From assembly GCA_004764695.1 (NCBI GenBank), contig SMSO01000037.1, forward strand, positions 3,634,747 through 3,698,746: a stretch of DNA of 64,000 nucleotides, written 5' to 3'. Each line of letters begins with the position of its first letter. Positions within the stretch are counted from its first letter, which is position 1. The translations under genes and the position numbers were made by a program. Below the pieces are notes generated by a model. The model had not been told where the DNA came from and did not search any database. It saw only the letters and a list, made by a program, of their open reading frames with translations. Below, in pieces: positions 58,091 through 64,000 of the stretch. This stretch comes from Schizochytrium sp. TIO01 (lineage: Eukaryota > Protista > Bigyra: Labyrinthulomycetes).

Positions 58091-58517
58091 TCGTGCACCT
58101 CAGGTCTGTCGCGTCTGACTCCAAGACCTTCGTTTCAATTCGCTGTTTATTTCTGCAGCTTTGTCCAATCTGAGTTGACCTTCGTCGTTTCACGTCTTCT
58201 TCTCTGCCAATCCTCCAGGACAAGGCAGGACACGCAGGATGAAGGCAGAAATAGAAATAGGCGAGAAGCTTTCAAAAGCTCCACTTCTTGACGCGAGCAA
58301 GTTCGTTGTGCCTGCTGCCGGCCTTCTCTTGTACTTGGGGGCTGGATGGCTCTGCGTGGGTGTAGCTGTGATCGCTTGCAGCGCTTGCGGTTCAGGCAGC
58401 GCGGAGTCCCTTGCGCACGGGGCGCAGACGCACGAACGGGATTCGAGTTCTGCCGTTCCTTGCGCTCAAGCAAACTAGGAAACAAAGAAAGAAGGAAAAA
58501 GACAGAGAGAAAAGAGA

Positions 58518-58518
<1 letters not shown>

Positions 58519-58548
<30 letters not shown>
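58519..58548. repeat. (GAAA)n microsatellite upstream of the fusion gene
   Basis: Directly visible. Similar tracts lie at 18422-18448 and 32302-32331, with (CT)n at 59373-59404. Confidence 0.8.
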
Positions 58549-58549
<1 letters not shown>

Positions 58550-59367
58550 GAGAACACAGAGTAATCGCTAACGAAGTATGTATCGAAACTTAGCTTTCTA
58601 TTTCATTCAAATATAAAAGAGTTTTTCAAGAAGAGTGCTTTTGCAAATGAAGAGCTTCGCCCACTGGACGCATACGATGCGTCAGACGAGCAAGCAAGCA
58701 AGCAAGCAAAGCAAGCAAGCATGCTAAAATAAATCTTTCCTTTCTTTCAAAAGAAGCAATTCCAAGATAGGGATTGAAACGATAACAATCAACAGTCAAA
58801 CAGTTTAACAAAATACCAAACAACCAAACAACCAGACACCTCAGCTCATGGTGGAGAAGAAGACATTCTCGTCAAGTTACCCCAAAAGCTCAGCAGCCCC
58901 GTCTTCTCTGTCTAGAGACCGCCTCTTATGCTCTCGCAGGCTGCGAGCACGGAGAAAAGTCCTCTCGTTTCGTATGTGCTTATCAACCAACACCTTGTAA
59001 AGGAAAGGAAAGGAAAGAAAATGAATGCAACTTATACAATTAAAGATAAATTAAAAGACCAATTAAAAGATAAATTAAAAAATAAATTAAAGTTTTGAGC
59101 TAACATTTCGATTCCCTGATTTTGGCATTTTCTCAGAGCGAATCGCTGCCGCGTCGAGATAGTGTCCTAAAGGCGGGGAAACGCCGCGCATACAGTGCGA
59201 ACTTGCGTGCAATGGGGCTCGTCACCGCGCGTATCGGGGCCCCTCCCACTTCCTTTCCGTCCTTCAGCCACGACGTCTGCCCATGCGCAGATGTCATCGC
59301 AGTGTCCACAGCAAATCAAATCGACCCAACCAGAACTACTAAGAATAAGAGGCACCAAACGAACACG

Positions 59368-59409
<42 letters not shown>

Positions 59410-62400
59410 GTGAATAAAAATGAGATCCCTTTTCGCGCCCTCCTCCCCACTGCGCCTGAGAGAGCCTTCTCCTCACAGGGATTTACAGAGGGCTGTGAGG
59501 GGCTGCACTAAGTTTTAAAAAAAAAAAGCTCATGTGAGGTGATTTTTACAATTTATATATATATTTAAAAAGGAATAATAGATTTTTTTCTATCAGATTT
59601 TCCGTCCACAACACCTGCTCTGCTTCATACACACTCGAAGGTGTAAAACAAAGAAATCTAAAAATCCTCCCACCTTTGCATCGACGGCGAACCCGGTATA
59701 GTAGGTATAACGGAGTGAATGCGCTGATCGATAGTGGATACAAGTTTGATAATGGTCGAGCGCGAACCGTCTCTCTACTGCTTTCGTAGGGAAATCGAGG
59801 CGCAGGCTTCTTTGGGAGGAGTATGGATGTTGATGTTCCGCCGTGCCGACGTAGGCACTTGTAGATAAAACTCACTCTGTGAAGATGTAGAATGGGAACC
59901 CACAAGGGCGGAGGACCCCAGCGCCTGATGCAAGCAGGTTTCGGCAAGCAGGTTTCGAAGTAAGTAGAAAAATTCGAAGAGCGTATGCACAATCGCTTGC
60001 CTACAGCGAATTGGCAACAGAGAAGGTACCTACCTACCTACCTACCCGTTTGGATTTCTTATTCAAGGAAAGAAGTCTGATATTTGGAGCATGAGACCTT
60101 GGTCATGTAGTTGTGTATTTCTATGTTCGCAGCGGACGATGGCACCCACTGGCATGCTTAAGTAAGTATGCTGCGAGGCATTCATTCATATGTTTGGGGG
60201 CGTTAGAGCTGTATGCCAGGGTAAAATCACACTGCTGTGTTTTCAGGAATTTGGCAGTAGGGGTTGTTTACGCATCGTCACATGTTTAACATTTTAGGTG
60301 AAGAATATGAGCAATCTACATGGCTCATGTGCTAAATTTGACAGTTCTGCAACCTAGCGCTAGTGCCTACATTTTATTTTTTACCATTCTGCTAGACCTA
60401 TGCCCTGGCACATTCAAGCTGTAGCAGCCAGAAGGTATACTTTGTTCCTAAATTATTGGAATTTTACAACGAAACAAAACGCAAATGAGCGAGGACTCAA
60501 CCTTTCTGTGTGTTTTGCAGACTCCTCTCCAGAGTCTTGAAGTTGTCGCTGCTCATTGAGCTCATTTGAAGGATGGCTACTTTATCGAGTTTCAGCAGCT
60601 TCTCGATCTCAATTTTCGTTACATCATTCGAGTAAAGACAGCAATCTGTAGTCCAAATAGGCACTCTATCAAAATCACATTTGGTAATGTCAGCTCTTCC
60701 TCCGCCCTGGGGAACCCGTATCTTCCTATACTAATTCTCTATGAAGCCGCGAGTTCCTTGACCTAAGAATTGCAGTGCGTAGCGAGCCTTGATACCAACG
60801 AGTACCTTTTTAAGTCCACGTCTTACGGCATTGGAGCATGTATGGTAGGTTTAACCAAGCCATCGGGCAATCAAGAGCAGCTTTGTTCTCACCCTCACGA
60901 GCCATTCAACTAAATCGAAGGCTGCTGCGTGCTTCTCTACTGCCTAGCCCTCAGACATATTCATGGCTGCTAGCTTGATCCTTTTCTTACATACCTACCT
61001 CTCTGATGTACGCTGCACAGAAATTGAAGGAGTGTCTTGTGGCCTGATACCTATCGTGGATTGCTCAAATCGTGGCTCACAGAGCTCACTTGGTGATCAT
61101 CTCGAGCAATCTCGAGCAATGGGGTGCTAGCAAGCTACCTGAACTCTGGTGGTCCTGCCCTTAGGAGGTGTGGCTACGAATCACAGGGGCAGGCGGAGTA
61201 ATATGTACTTCGGTATTATCATTTATCCCATGATATCTTTACTTTCGGAGCGAACGTGAAGTGTGAATGGACATGAATGTGCCGCCCTAAGCAAGCCAGA
61301 AGGTCGGCAAACGGGTGGCTTTGGGTGCTCCATCCATCTTCCACCCTCGACGTTCGATTGTGCCTTCTGCATGGACACTGGCTCGACCTGGCGAGGTAAA
61401 CTCGAGCCGCATAGATAAAGTCTGTGATGTCTAGTTGCATACGCTTGAATCGAAACTCAAGCTCCTTCAAGAGATACTGAAGCGCCTGAGTTCACGGGCT
61501 TCTTTACTAAACGGAGACCATGAATTTCTAAAATTTAGTTTTAATTTCTTTTTAATTTTGGTAAAACAGGAGTAGGAATGAATACTACTAGGAGCTTACA
61601 GATGGAACTTTGTAAGCTCATTGTAGTAGAACGAAATTAAAAAGATTTTGAAGAGGATTTCAAGTCTGGGTGGATTTGAGAATCAAAGATGCACAGTTGA
61701 CTCATTCATTGATGCATTCAATCCCAGTCCAAAACGAGCTGTACCATATTTGTACCGATAGTGTACCAATACTTCATCATTTGTAGGTTCTCTTTGCATC
61801 TCGCAAATTTAGGGTCGTGTTCCTGCCTTTGTCTGGACCCAGCTTAAAGCCTGTGCTCTAATTCGCTTTAAAATCATAACGAGAGGCAAAGCAACTTCAC
61901 TCATTATAGTACTACGTTGGTCACGCGTTACCCACAATCCTCCACCCTTTGATCGACGGCGAACCTCATATTCTGACCTAAATATCTTCCAAAAGGCATG
62001 TTCCGCCGGGTACTCTGCAAGTCTTTCCCTTTTTCCGCCTCCAAGTTCTAATATCTACATTAAGTACATTTAACTACATGCATCATAAAATGCCCCCTGA
62101 CGCTGCAGCTGGGAGACTCCCTGGTGGGCGAGGAAAAGGTGAGGAAAAGGAAAGAGAGATAGAGGGCACACTGAAAGACCCTTTTCACAATGCTCAGTGT
62201 GATGTGAGAGATGAGGCCTCAGTGGTATGAGAGGGAGAGAGTATTTCTTTCTAGGTTTCTTGAAAAAATAAAAGAAAAAATAGTTGTTAAATTTATATGT
62301 CTAAGAGAGTGAGTGCTACTCCCCATGAAACCTTTTTTTTTTTTCGTCGGCTTAGAAGGCCCTGCTATGTGTGGCTATAGGTATTCCTTAGGAATAGGCC

Positions 62401-62831
62401 GATCCTTAGCAATAGGGGAAGAAGGAGAGCAAAGAAAGAATGCAATAGAAAAAGAATGCGAAAGAAAGCGAAAGGAAGAAAGAACGAAGCAGAGACAGAA
62501 CTATTTCTAGCAAGAGCTTGAGTCGGGACAGGTAAGCCGCAAACCTTTGCAGCGAAGTTGCAGCATACACGATACGACACAGCACGACGCAAGATATTGT
62601 TACAGAGAAATATAAATTGGCCGCAGGTCTGTAAAGTTTACCTCTGCGCTCGCGAGCAGTCCTGAAATCGAGAACTGGCCTGTCGATATCACTGTTGTTA
62701 TCCAACAGCAGCAAGAAAAAGCACTCCAAGGCCATCCTGGACGGAGATATAAGCGACAATAAAGATTGCGAGGTTGCAAGCTCAAAGCTCCAGCTCTTTG
62801 TGAGGGACTGCACAGACCAGAAAGGGCCAAC

Positions 62832-64000
62832 ATGTTTGATTTGGATGTAGTTATCGTTGGAGGCGGCATCGCTGGCCTCAGCACCGCGCTGTTCCTTAAG
62901 CGCTTTGGTTACAATGTAGTTGTCTACGAGCGGACTCCTAAAATCTTGCCCGTGGGTGCTGCAATTTCTGTGTGGAGTAATGGTGTCAAGGTAATGAACC
63001 GTCTTGGCTTTGGCAAACAAATGCAGGAGCTTGGAGGCCAGATGGATTCAATGATCTATCGCGACGAAAAGGGCACAGAGCTAGTCAACATGGACTTGCG
63101 TCCGGTATACAAGGAAGTCGGGGAGCGTTGTTATCCGGTACCTCGTGCTGATCTGCAGCAGATGCTCATGGACCAGTATGTCGCCGAGGGTGGCAACTTG
63201 GTCTTGGGTCGTTCCTGCGTCAGCGTTCACAAAGTGGATGAGAGCGACGAGAACAGCAAGCTATATGTGAAGTTCGATGATGGGTCAAAGTCGATGGAGT
63301 GTGACCTTTTGGTCGGTGCTGACGGGATTCGCTCAAATGTTCGCACCTATGTGCTTGAAAAGGAGGTTGCGCCTGTATACCACTACACAAACTGGAATGG
63401 TCTTGTTACCATGGACTCTGCAATTGGCGAGCAGACTGAATGGGTTATGCACGTTGGAGAGGGCAAACGCGCATCGGTCATGCCTGTCGGAAATGGACGA
63501 TTTTACTTTTTCATGGGTGCTCCTATCGCAGAAGATGCCCCCGCACCCGAACGCGGATCGGAGGCTATGCGTGAGGAGCTCAAGCAGATCTTCAAGGGCT
63601 GGCCCGCAAAGGTTCAGAATTTGATTGATGCTATTGATGTTAACACGTTGAACCGCATACCCATTTGCGATGTCGACCCTCTTCCTCACTTGTGGCGTGG
63701 CCACGCGGTACTGATTGGCGATGCTGCTCACTCGACCACACCAACTCTCGGCCAAGGCGGCTGCCAGGCGCTTGAGGACTCGGAGGTGCTTGCATCCTTC
63801 CTCACAACCACCAATGTGGGGGTTGCTGATGCTCTATCTCGTTACCAGCAGCACCGCCTCGAGCGAGTCCACACAATGGTGCTTAAGGCTCGTGAACGTA
63901 CAGCACAAATCTACCCTCGTAATGCAGAACAGGAACGTGCAACACAAGAATGGTATAATGAACTCAAGACTTCCAAGGACATTGGAACTAATATTCTTCG
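62832..64000 (+). CDS. hpxO: FAD-dependent urate hydroxylase (HpxO-like flavin monooxygenase); 3' end runs off the window
   Basis: Manual translation from ATG 62832 (in-frame TAA upstream at 62760): VIVGGGIAGL, GAAISVWSNGVK, RADLQ, LVGADGIRS, YTNWNGLV, VGEGKRASVMPV..GRFYFF, LIGDAAHSTTPTLGQGGCQALED, MVLKARER and WYNEL. These match recalled HpxO-specific motifs beyond the generic monooxygenase fingerprints. Confidence 0.88.
   Translation, partial: MFDLDVVIVGGGIAGLSTALFLKRFGYNVVVYERTPKILPVGAAISVWSNGVKVMNRLGFGKQMQELGGQMDSMIYRDEKGTELVNMDLRPVYKEVGERCYPVPRADLQQMLMDQYVAEGGNLVLGRSCVSVHKVDESDENSKLYVKFDDGSKSMECDLLVGADGIRSNVRTYVLEKEVAPVYHYTNWNGLVTMDSAIGEQTEWVMHVGEGKRASVMPVGNGRFYFFMGAPIAEDAPAPERGSEAMREELKQIFKGWPAKVQNLIDAIDVNTLNRIPICDVDPLPHLWRGHAVLIGDAAHSTTPTLGQGGCQALEDSEVLASFLTTTNVGVADALSRYQQHRLERVHTMVLKARERTAQIYPRNAEQERATQEWYNELKTSKDIGTNIL

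Overview
Gene-dense, essentially intron-free eukaryotic DNA with microsatellite-rich intergenic spacers. The style suggests a heterotrophic protist such as a thraustochytrid/labyrinthulomycete stramenopile; this is inference, not a database result. About 17 protein-coding genes are visible: two coiled-coil hypotheticals, a PAP2 phosphatase, a mitochondrial carrier, an acidic protein with a possible degenerate Nudix domain, a cathepsin-B-like protease, FAHD1, a very-long-chain 3-ketoacyl-CoA reductase, Nup62, MFSD5, CCR4, an ABCA transporter, ARPC2, cyclin C, SMG9 and two purine-catabolism genes. The standout is the purine-catabolism pair at the right end. A 1584-aa protein fuses malate synthase, OHCU decarboxylase, a beta-lactamase-family serine hydrolase and allantoicase, and it is transcribed divergently from a bacterial-type FAD-dependent urate hydroxylase (hpxO). 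The serine-hydrolase domain lies where the missing allantoinase step falls, making it a candidate new type of allantoinase. Other oddities include a propeptide-less cathepsin with a cystatin-like tail, an ABCA with three Cys-rich inserted modules, two apparent +1 frameshifts (probably assembly indels) and a decayed ~500-bp repeat array.
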